64,000 nt of DNA from Antedon mediterranea (lineage: Eukaryota; Animalia; Echinodermata), in NCBI RefSeq assembly GCF_964355755.1, contig NC_092677.1:1448101-1512100 (forward strand), in the 5' to 3' direction. The position numbers were made by a program, and so were the translations under genes. Positions 51,519-63,501 of this stretch are shown here, piece after piece. How positions within the stretch are numbered: the first letter of the stretch is position 1; each line of letters opens with the position of its first letter. Below the pieces are notes generated by a model. The model had not been told where the DNA came from and made no database searches. It was given only the letters and a program-made list of their open reading frames with translations.

Positions 51519-53623
51519 GTCAGAAATGACCAAAAAACCTCTCTTGACATCAACACAATGTTTAATAAATGGTAGTAGACATACAACAGCACATGTTTAT
51601 AGCAAGCTATCTTTAAAAATGAGTAACAAGCTTTATCTTTTATAACACCAAATCAATGTAGGCCTACCCTAAATTCGAAAAACATGCAATAAAAGTGCAC
51701 AATATGCAGTATTTATAATAATTACTGTATGGTGTTTTTTTTTAGTTTAGGTACACATGCACAATCAACGTCTGTGACAGTGGGTGGTGATACAGTTAAA
51801 GTTGGTGAGGATGCGACGATGACGTGTAATTATACACTTGTATCGGGGGATGTCTTGAATCAACTTGTTTGGTTCAGAGCAGAGGATGATGGTAATACAG
51901 TAGGAAAAAACTCTCTAGTCTCTTTAGTTGAAACAAGCAATGGTCGTTACAGCTTATCTAATGACAAGGATCTTATGATAAGTACTGTTGAAGTAAATGA
52001 TGCAGGCAACTATCTGTGTAGAATTGTAACACAAAATGTTCAAACTGCTGACGACTATGATGAACTTATAGTTCAATGTGAGTTTGTCATTCCTTTGTTG
52101 TTCTTTTTCTAGTGAAAGTTAAATACATAAACTCTGTTTAAACAATCTTTAAATTCCATTAGATAATTATGATTTAAAATTATCAAAATAAAAATAAAGC
52201 GGTGTTTATGGCATTAAATGTAATAGTCAAATTGTCTTTCCACTGCAGATCTTGACACACCAGTTGTGACTCCAGCCCAATTGTCTGCCAAGATGGATGA
52301 AACAGCAGAGTTTTCTACTGTACCTGTTGGATTCCCAACACCAATTACCATCACATGGATCAAAGATGACGTCATACTTGATGTGTCTGACATGAAAAAA
52401 TATCCAAATTCCGATGCAACATTAACGATTAATAATGTAAATGAAACGGATGCAGGAGTTTATAAGTGTAGAGTAGAGAATGCTGCTTACATGGGAGAAG
52501 AAGGAAAACTTAGTAATACTGTTAAACTCATCACAGTAGCAGGTTGGTACGGTTGGAATCAAATAGTTTTAATTGATACAATGAATACATATAAAGACAT
52601 TCTATTCTTTCGGATCGTGTTTTCTCTACCACCAAAAAATTGTTCTTTGTTTCTACACTGATATGAATAACAACGGTGAGCTAACACAACAAAAACGGAA
52701 CCCTTTAGTTGTTTGTTTTTTGTTATTATTATGCAGGTGTTTTATAATATGTACGCATGATAAGTTTCGATAATAATGCTTTTTTATTTATTTAGAATTT
52801 ACGACTACTTCTATATCCAGTAAGTCAACTATAAGTACGTTGCATTGCATTATATTATACATTTCCGGGTTTGAACAAAAAGAATAAAAATAAATGAATG
52901 AAAATAAATAAAATCCGGGTTTGGTTCCCAAATAGACAAGCATGAAAATGTGACAAATCGATATGAGCATCGGTGTGTCTTAAAAGCAACGACGACAATT
53001 AGTAAAAGAAACTACGGTTAATTTCATACAATTATGAAAACACTGACACTGATAATTGTTCAGTTTTAAGTACAGAAGGTCCAAAGAGTGAAGGCGTGTG
53101 TAATTCAACTGGTCTTGTTGTTGGAATGACGTTTGTTGGTGTGTTCATTGGATTCATTCTCTGTTTGCTTGTGGGTTTTATTATCATCAGGAAATCAAAT
53201 CCAAAGGTAAAGTATAATTCTGAACGTAGGAATAAAATGACCAAAGCTTTAATGAAATACCGCACACTTATGTAATAAAAAATATTTTAACATTAAATAT
53301 GATATTTTATTTTAAAGGTACCGACATCGAAAAACACCAACCAATCAGGGGTAAGGATGTTACTTCAACTTTAATTATTCAATTTCACTCGTCGTCGTCA
53401 CTATTGTCACCAATATATCAATAAAGTTTACACGATATTTATTCTTCTTTTTGCATGCACTAAACGTTTGTATTCTTTTTAGCAGCAAGAGTATATGACT
53501 TATGTTGAGGAGACAGATAAAGAAACAAACCATACATACCAAGATTTACAGAAGAAAGACGATAATCAAGCTGTATATGTAAATGTTAAAGCAAAAAAAG
53601 ACAAAAATAATATACATGTTTAA
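50462..53623 (+). pseudogene. Ig receptor copy 7 (defective leader, relic first V exon, second V exon open)
   Basis: Leader 50462-50491 lacks the hydrophobic core and is out of phase. Decayed V relic ~50570-50700. Open exons: 51751-52077, 52249-52542 (first Ig cysteine lost: AEFSTV), 52796-52819, 53064-53206, 53318-53350 and 53483-53623. Confidence 0.7.
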
Positions 53624-54336
53624 AATAAAAATAAAATAAATATATTATAATTATTATTATTAATGGAATATCATTGGTTTGAAACTACAATCACATACCT
53701 CTGGTTGATTTTGTTATAAAAATATAGAGAAATCAAAACATTGAGAAAGTGTTTTCTTTCTCTTGATTTAACTCTTTAACGCGTACAAATTGAAAACAAA
53801 GAAATGTGAATGCTGCAATTTGTATCATCATTAACACAAAAACCCTATATGTACCTATAGTGACATAATCTACCACTGGTATATAGCAACATGTGATATG
53901 TAAAGATGAAAACCATAGGCATACTTGAAAAATGTAAAAACAACGATACATTTATTAAAATTGTATTTCTTGTTGATTTGTTGGAATTAAACCTTGCTTG
54001 TATTAGACCTACTTTGATTCGTTACTTTGAAATGTATTAGTACATTGACATAATAAATGGCTATACCAGGAAAATAAATTAGACAATCAATGCTTTTAAC
54101 ACCAATACGCGTGTAATTTATATTATCATAGCGTTATTTCATTCAATTTGCCTTCGAGATGTGCATTTGGTTGCTTGCTGCCATATTTTTTCAAAGAGTT
54201 GAGTAATGTTCAAATTTAAAACGGAAAAATTAAATTATAGGGACAAAATGGACCGAGGTTTTAAAATTGGTCAGTTCATTTCCTTTTTAAGAAAGACCAT
54301 CAAGAAAGTTTGCACTGTTTGAACGCATTGTATAAA

Positions 54337-57300
54337 CTAGATGGTACGCTCGCTTCGCTCGCGTACCATCTAGGTCGTGCCCACAGATGGTTCTCGAATA
54401 TAGGCCTACAGTAATTTCAGCGTAACAAAACTGGCGATTTCAAATGTACGTACCGCAGGACTATAATACATTGTCGTTTACAGAAACGAATAAATAGACA
54501 CGATGATTTATGTAGTCAACTAAAATTAGCACCCTGGGAATTACTTCCGAAGGAGAAACTTTTCACAAAATGAGTCCAAATTTTTGATTTGGACTCATTT
54601 AAAGAAACCCAATTTGTGTTTTGTATGTAACATTAGGGTTGAGGGATGGGAAAGCGGATAGGTACAAAGAGGAACAATTTTTAAATATATTCTTTATCCA
54701 CTCAGTAACGAAATAATTTGTTCATGTTTTATAAGCCTATACATAATATACCTCTAAATACAGTAAAACATTTGCGATTTAATACTTTGTTAAAACTGTC
54801 ACTGTCATAATCGATTGAAATATTAAAGTACATGTCACGATACACCACTACGACGTTTATATTTTTGGTAATTATTAATTAATACAAACGTTGAGAAGGA
54901 ACTGTCAGTATAAAGTGTATTTGTATATAATAATGTGTTTATATATCTAACAGTAGAGCCTATCCACAATGTCAGTAATACAGTTTATTATTATCTAACA
55001 GGACGAACATTCACAGTAAGAAATGTTCGATTCAAATGAGTTTCAAAAATAGTTATTTACAGTATTGTCAAAGTATTGCAAGTTTATTCTCAAAGGGCCC
55101 ATATATTTACCTACCGTATGTGTTAAACCAAGGGCTCATAAATTTACCTACAGTACTTGTGTTAAACCAAACTCTGGCAGACTGAGAGATTGGGATGTTC
55201 CATTCATCGCAAATCAATACATTTGTATAATCGTATATTAAATCTATCAAAATAGTATTTTTTTAAAAAAATCGGCCTTTCTTCAACATTATGATGATGT
55301 ACTCTAGCTGTTCAACCGGTTTTCAGCTATTAAAAACAATTATCGTAGGAGGAGATAGGAAAATGCGAAGCCTCCTCGCATTTTTGTGGCGGGTATTTTT
55401 CAAGATGGACATCCATTAGACAGTGTATACCACGATCGGAAAACACCCCTATTTGGGGCAAAAAAGAGGAACAATTTTTAAATATATTCTTTATCCACTC
55501 AGTAACGAAATATTTTGTTCATATTTTATAAGCCTATACATAATATACCTCTAAATACAGTAAAACATTTGCGATGTAATACTTTGTTAAAACTGTCACT
55601 GTCATAATCGATTGAAATATTAAAGTACATGTCACGATACACCACTACGACGTTTTTATTTTTGGTAATTATTAATTAATACAAACGTTGAGAAGGAACT
55701 GTCAGTATAAAGTGTATTTGTATATAATAATGTGTTTATATATCTAACAGTAGAGCCTATCCACAATGTCAGTAATACAGTTTATTATTATCTAACAGGA
55801 CGAACATTCACAGTAAGAAATGTTCGATTCAAATGAGTTCCAAAAATAGTTATTACAGTATTGTCAAAGTATTGCAAGTTTATTCTCAAAGGGCCCATAT
55901 ATTTACCTACCGTATGTGTTAAACCAAGGGCTCATAAATTTACCTACAGTACTTGTGTTAAACCAAACTCTGGCAGACTGAGAGATTGGGATGTTCCATT
56001 CATCGCAAATCAATACATTTGTATAATCGTATATTAAATCTATCAAAATAGTATTTTTTAAAGAAAATCGGCCTTTCTTCAACATTATGATGATGTACTC
56101 TAGCTGTTCAACCGGTTTTCAGCTATTAAAAACAATTATCGTAGGAGGAGATAGGAAAATGCGAAGCCTCCTCGCATTTTTGTGGCGGGTATTTTTCAAG
56201 ATGGACATCCATTAGACAGTGTATACCACGATCGGAAAACACCCCTATTTGGGGCAAAAAAGAGGAACATTTTTTAAATATATTCTTTATCCACTCAGTA
56301 ACGAAATATTTTGTTCATATTTTATAAGCCTATACATAATATACCTCTAAATACAGTAAAACATTTGCGATGTAATACTTTGTTAAAACTGTCACTGTCA
56401 TAATCGATTGAAATATTAAAGTACATGTCACGATACACCACTACGACGTTTTTATTTTTGGTAATTATTAATTAATACAAACGTTGAGAAGGAACTGTCA
56501 GTATAAAGTGTATTTGTATATAATAATGTGTTTATATATCTAACAGTAGAGCCTATCCACAATGTCAGTAATACAGTTTATTATTATCTAACAGGACGAA
56601 CATTCACAGTAAGAAATGTTCGATTCAAATGAGTTCCAAAAATAGTTATTTACAGTATTGTCAAAGTATTGCAAGTTTATTCTCAAAGGGCCCATATATT
56701 TACCTACCGTATGTGTTAAACCAAGGGCTCATAAATTTACCTACAGTACTTGTGTTAAACCAAACTCTGGCAGACTGAGAGATTGGGATGTTCCATTCAT
56801 CGCAAATCAATACATTTGTATAATCGTATATTAAATCTATCAAAATAGTATTTTTTAAAGAAAATCGGCCTGTCTTCAACATTGTGATGGTGTACTCTAG
56901 CTGTTCAACCGGTTTTCAGCTATTAAAAACAATTATCGTAGGAGGAGATAGGAAAATGCGAAGCCTCCTCGCATTTTTGTGGCTGGTATTTTTCAAGATG
57001 GACATCCATTAGACAGTGTATACCACGATCGGAAAACACCCTTATTTTGGGCAAAAAAGAGGAACAATTTTTAAATATATTCTTTATCCACTCTGTAACG
57101 AAATAATTTGTTCATGTTTTATAAGCCTATACATAATATACCTCTAAATACAGTAAAACATTTGCGATTTAATACTTTGTTAAAACTGTCACTGTCATAA
57201 TCGATTGAAATAAAGTACATGTCACGATACACCACTACGACGTTTATATTTTTGGTAATTATTAATTAATACAAACGTTGAGAAGGAACTGTCAGTATAA

Positions 57301-60300
57301 AGTGTATTTGTATATAATAATGTGTTTATATATCTAACAGTAGAGCCTATCCACAATGTCAGTAATACAGTTTATTATTATCTAACAGGACGAACATTCA
57401 CAGTAAGAAATGTTCGATTCAAATGAGTTCCAAAAATAGTTATTTACAGTATTGTCAAAGTATTGCAAGTTTATTCTCAAAGGGCCCATATATTTACCTA
57501 CCGTATGTGTTAAACCAAGGGCTCATAAATTTACCTACAGTACTTGTGTTAAACCAAACTCTGGCAGACTGAGAGATTGGGATGTTCCATTCATCGCAAA
57601 TCAATACATTTGTATAATCGTATATTAAATCTATCAAAATAGTATTTTTTAAAGAAAATCGGCCTGTCTTCAACATTGTGATGGTGTACTCTAGCTGTTC
57701 AACCGGTTTTCAGCTATTAAAAACAATTATCGTAGGAGGAGATAGGAAAATGCGAAGCCTCCTCGCATTTTTGTGGCGGGTATTTTTCAAGATGGACATC
57801 CATTAGACAGTGTATACCACGATCGGAAAACACCCTTATTTGGGGCAAAAAAGAGGAACAATTTTTAAATATATTCTTTATCCACTCAGTAACGAAATAT
57901 TTTGTTCATATTTTATAAGCCTATACATAATATACCTCTAAATACAGTAAAACATTTGCGATTTAATACTTTGTTAAAACTGTCACTGTCATAATCGATT
58001 GAAATATTAAAGTACATGTCACGATACACCACTACGACGTTTATATTTTTGGTAATTATTAATTAATACAAACGTTGAGAAGGAACTGTCAGTATAAAGT
58101 GTATTTGTATATAATAATGTGTTTATATATCTAACAGTAGAGCCTATCCACAATGTCAGTAATACAGTTTATTATTATCTAACAGGACGAACATTCACAG
58201 TAAGAAATGTTCGATTCAAATGAGTTCCAAAAATAGTTATTTACAGTATTGTCAAAGTATTGCAAGTTTATTCTCAAAGGGCCCATATATTTACCTACCG
58301 TATGTGTTAAACCAAGGGCTCATAAATTTACCTACAGTACTTGTGTTAAACCAAACTCTGGCAGACTGAGAGATTGGGATGTTCCATTCATCGCAAATCA
58401 ATACATTTGTATAATCGTATATTAAATCTATCAAAATAGTATTTTTTAAAGAAAATCGGCCTGTCTTCAACATTGTGATGGTGTACTCTAGCTGTTCAAC
58501 CGGTTTTCAGCTATTAAAAACAATTATCGTAGGAGGAGATAGGAAAATGCGAAGCCTCCTCGCATTTTTGTGGCGGGTATTTTTCAAGATGGACATCCAT
58601 TAGACAGTGTATACCACGATCGGAAAACACCCTTATTTTGGGCAAAAAAGAGGAACAATTTTTAAATATATTCTTTATCCACTCAGTAACGAAATAATTT
58701 GTTCATGTTTTATAAGCCTATACATAATATACCTCTAAATACAGTAAAACATTTGCGATTTAATACTTTGTTAAAACTGTCACTGTCATAATCGATTGAA
58801 ATATTAAAGTACATGTCACGATATACCACTACGACGTTTATATTTTTGGTAATTATTAATTAATACAAACGTTGAGAAGGAACTGTCAGTATAAAGTGTA
58901 TTTGTATATAATAATGTGTTTATATATCTAACAGTAGAGCCTATCCACAATGTCAGTAATACAGTTTATTATTATCTAACAGGACGAACATTCACAGTAA
59001 GAAATGTTCGATTCAAATGAGTTCCAAAAATAGTTATTTACAGTATTGTCAAAGTATTGCAAGTTTATTCTCAAAGGGCCCATATATTTACCTACCGTAT
59101 GTGTTAAACCAAGGGCTCATAAATTTACCTACAGTACTTGTGTTAAACCAAACTCTGGCAGACTGAGAGATTGGGATGTTCCATTCATCGCAAATCAATA
59201 CATTTGTATAATCGTATATTAAATCTATCAAAATAGTATTTTTTAAAGAAAATCGGCCTGTCTTCAACATTGTGATGGTGTACTCTAGCTGTTCAACCGG
59301 TTTTCAGCTATTAAAAACAATTATCGTAGGAGGAGATAGGAAAATGCGAAGCCTCCTCGCATTTTTGTGGCGGGTATTTTTCAAGATGGACATCCATTAG
59401 ACAGTGTATACCACGATCGGAAAACACCCTTATTTGGGGCAAAAAAGAGGAACAATTTTTAAATATATTCTTTATCCACTCAGTAACGAAATATTTTGTT
59501 CATATTTTATAAGCCTATACATAATATACCTCTAAATACAGTAAAACATTTGCGATTTAATACTTTGTTAAAACTGTCACTGTCATAATCGATTGAAATA
59601 TTAAAGTACATGTCACGATACACCACTACGACGTTTATATTTTTGGTAATTATTAATTAATACAAACGTTGAGAAGGAACTGTCAGTATAAAGTGTATTT
59701 GTATATAATAATGTGTTTATATATCTAACAGTAGAGCCTATCCACAATGTCAGTAATACAGTTTATTATTATCTAACAGGACGAACATTCACAGTAAGAA
59801 ATGTTCGATTCAAATGAGTTCCAAAAATAGTTATTTACAGTATTGTCAAAGTATTGCAAGTTTATTCTCAAAGGGCCCATATATTTACCTACCGTATGTG
59901 TTTAACCAAGGGCTCATAAATTTACCTACAGTACTTGTGTTAAACCAAACTCTGGCAGACTGAGAGATTGGGATGTTCCATTCATCGCAAATCAATACAT
60001 TTGTTTAATCGTATATTAAATCTATCAAAATAGTATTTTTTAAAGAAAATCGGCCTGTCTTCAACATTATGATGGTGTACTCTAGCTGTTCAACCGGTTT
60101 TCAGCTATTAAAAACAATTATCGTAGGAGGAGATAGGAAAATGCGAAGCCTCCTCGCATTTTTGTGGCGGGTATTTTTCAAGATGGACATCCATTAGACA
60201 GTGTATACCACGATCGGAAAACACCCCTATTTGGGGCAAATCGTTGAACCTAAATTCGTTTTAATCGTCAATAACTAATTATCTAACTTAATTTAATTAG

Positions 60301-60431
60301 TAAACAGGGTTACATCAGGTGGTTAAAATCAGTACCGAAAGTACGAACCAACTTTACATACCATCGAGTGAAAATTCTAGAAGTAAGGCGCGATTTACCG
60401 AATTTTGCCCTTACGTAAATTTATATATAGA
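54337..60431 (-). mobile_element. Non-autonomous Helitron carrying an internal tandem array
   Basis: On the minus strand it begins A|TCTATATATAAA and ends in the hairpin CTAGATGGTACGC-loop-GCGTACCATCTAG|T. It is inserted between A and T with no TSD. The flanks rejoin into the intergenic sequence seen at ~38440-38550 and ~50040-50160. Confidence 0.85.
54665..60240. repeat. Tandem array of seven near-identical ~797-bp units
   Basis: aaagaggaaca(a/t)tttttaaatatattc recurs at ~54666, 55463, 56259, 57056, 57850, 58647 and 59444. Confidence 0.97.
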
Positions 60432-60693
60432 TAAGGCCTAAAACCCTGTGTTTAAATAATGGTTACTAATTGAAAAGATTAATTTGATCATCTTAATTTG
60501 GACGGAAGTATATTCACTATAATTATGAAGGAAGTAAATACAATATATCACAAGTGTGAATGGCAATCATAACAAAGACAGGAACAATCAATATTTCAGT
60601 ATACAATGTTAGAGTGTGGCAGAGTGCGAGACAATAGTGAAATAGTCACCACCTAATAAAGTGGAAAAGATTTCTATATTCTATAGAATTGTA

Positions 60694-62774
60694 ATGGAGG
60701 CGAAAAGTTCAAATGCGATGATTTTCCTGATTATTCAAATTTGTGGATGTAAGTACAAATATTGAAAATATTTCTTCCCTTTTTTCACAAAAAGACGCAA
60801 TCGTAAATTGCAGTATTTATAATAATTACTGTACAGTTACTTTATAGTTTTAGGTACACATGCACAAACAACGTTTGTGACAGTGGGTGCTGATACAGTT
60901 AAAGTTGGTGAGGATGCGACGATGACGTGTAGTTGTACACTTCAAGCGGGAGATGTCTTGAATCAACTTGTTTGGTTCAGAGCAGAGGATGTACTCAAGA
61001 GTTAGGAAACCCTCTGGTATCTTTAGTTGAAACAAGCAATGGTCGTTACAGCTTATCTAATGACAAGGATCTTATGATAAGAACTGTTGAAGTATTGATG
61101 CAGGCAACTATCTGTGTAGAATTGTAACACAAAATGTTCAAACTGCTGACGACTATGATCAACTTATAGTTCAATGTGAGTATAGGCTAATTCATTGTCA
61201 GTGAAGCAATAATCGGTATGGTATAGTACTGTCTTTAGCAGCTTTCGTTCGTTTTTTAATATCATAGTTATACACATAGAGTCTCTAACAATTACTTTTA
61301 AACACTAGGCCTAATGTAAACATGATAAAAATCCTGTGTTGTGCTTGTATAGTAAGATTATTCTTTTGTTTTTCTAAATGTTTCAGAACCTTTTTTTTAA
61401 GCCAGAAGAAGGATTATCCATCATTATAAATGACACAGCAACATTTACATGTACTTTACGTGATGGTATTCCAACACCGATTACCATAACATGTATCAAA
61501 GATGACGTCATACTTGATGTGTCTAATACAGACAAGTATCCGTCTTCTAATGCAGTATTAACGATTAATAAAGTTGCTAAAACAGACGAGGGAGTTTATC
61601 AGTGTAGAGCTGAGAATGCTGCTTACAGTGGAATATACAGGAAACTTAGTAATACTGCCACACTGTCAATAGGTTGGTGGGAATAAACATTTTGATAAAT
61701 AATATATTTTATTTGCATCATAGTATAAATATTTTCTGCATGTCATAATTATAAATGGAATATTCATATTACAGTATATTATGTCATGCGGTAACAAAAA
61801 TAAAGCAGATCTACAGCAAAATCTGAAAGTTTGAGTTTATTTTAGTAATAAAAGGCCTTTTGTAATATGAACGCATGACGTGTTTTATTAATATTGCAAT
61901 TTTCTATTTCTTTAGCATTAACGACAACTTCTTTTATATCCAGTAAGTCAACTACACGTAGATTTTGCTTGCTTGCATGCATTGTATTGTAAATTTCCGG
62001 GATTTTGCTTTTGCGAAAAGAAAAAAGGGATAGCAACGGGAAGGGATATCCCCCGCCCCATCCCCATGCTCTGCATGGGTGCTTAAAAGGAAAAATAATG
62101 ATGACCTTTGTATATTTGTCAACACTACATTATTTTAAACATGTTTAAAACACATGGTAACACTGATCCTTCTGTATTATTTTGTTTAAATTTTTTTTAA
62201 ATACAGAAGTTCCAAAAAAAGAGAATGATTGTAATTCAACTGGTCATGTTGTTGGAATGACGTTTGTTGGTGTGCTCATTGGATTCATTATAATTATGTT
62301 TGATTGTGGTTTTTATCCTCAGCAAAATAAAGAAGTCACATGCACAGGTAAAGTATAATTCAGAAAGTAGAACCAAAAGCAAAAGTGCTGACTTGAAATG
62401 ACCAAAGGTTTAATGAAATACCGCACACTTAAGTAATGGAAACTATTTAAACATGAAATTTGATTTTAAAGGTAGGCCTACCTACATCAAAAAATACCAA
62501 CCAATCAGGGGTAAGGATGTTACTTCAACTCTAATTATTCAATTTCACTCATCATAATTATTATTATTACTATTGTCACCAATATATCAATAAAGGTTTA
62601 CACGATAATTCTTTTTTTGCATGCACTAAACTGTTGTATTATTTTTAGCAGCAGGCGTATATGACTTATACTGAAGAGACAGATAAAGAAACAAACCACA
62701 CATACCAAGATTTACAGAAGAAAGACGATAATCAAGCTGTATATGTAAATGAAGCAAAAAAAGACAAAAAATAA
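60694..62774 (+). pseudogene. Ig receptor copy 8 (multiple frameshifts)
   Basis: Exons 60694-60748, 60854-61175 (two frameshifts, ~60991 and ~61096), ~61387-61672 (phase mismatch; core Trp changed to Cys), 61916-61942, 62207-62347 (+4 in the TM), 62472-62510 and 62649-62774. Confidence 0.85.
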
Positions 62775-63461
62775 TATACATGTTTAAAATAAAAATAAAA
62801 TAAATATATTATAATTATTAATGGAATATCATTACTATGGTTTGAAACTACAATCACATACATCTTGATGATTATATTATAGAAATAAAGAGAAATCATA
62901 ACCTTGAAAAAGTGTTTTCTTTCTCTTGATTTAACTCTTAACGCGTACAAATTAATAACAAGGAAATGTGATGCTGCAATTTGTTTTGCATTAACTAAAC
63001 AAAATATACAGAAGTACCTAGCCCCAGAATTTATCATACGGTAAATAGGAATATGTGATGTAAAGATGAAAACCATACACATATACTTGAAACATGAAAA
63101 AAAGATAACTAACACGACTTTATTCAAAATTTTATTTCTTGTCTGCTGGCAATAAAACGTGCTTGTATTAGACCAATTTATTCGTTACTTTGAATGTAAT
63201 GTTTGACTGCATTATTGCATTGATAATGACCATTATACCAGCATAAGAAAGAAAATAAACTATACAATTATTCTTTATTAAGAATAAGTCTTTTTGAGGA
63301 GTAGTGATCGTTTAGACGGGAGAGCTTAACAACAGTGAACGTTGAGGGCGTATGTAATTGAATCAACTCGTATTAGGCCTACTTTCATAATCTCACAGAA
63401 CAAGGAAGGACAATTTCGATTTATATTCGATATTCGCTATACTAGTAATTCTGTCTTTGTG

Positions 63462-63501
63462 ATGATGACTTTTTGTTTGCTGCTATTTGTTCTTGTATTT
63501 G
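63462..63501 (+). CDS. Leader exon of Ig receptor copy 9 (gene continues beyond the window)
   Basis: MMTFCLLLFVLVF-G|gtaagt; the upstream region and intron 1 are homologous to copies 1, 3 and 6. Confidence 0.8.

Noticed and set aside
36345-53265. Recurring minus-strand ORFs (36345, 40697, 48653, 53032 and similar)
   Set aside because: Antisense shadows of the plus-strand TM and Ig exons.
55903-59270. Five near-identical 60-aa ORFs (MLKTGRFSL...)
   Set aside because: By-products of the 797-bp tandem unit; the ORF is not called in the first and last units and has no recognisable domain.
54665-60240. Possible CRISPR array or rDNA/snRNA repeat
   Set aside because: The units are wholly repeated with no unique spacers, there are no cas genes, and I recognise no 5S, tRNA or snRNA sequence.
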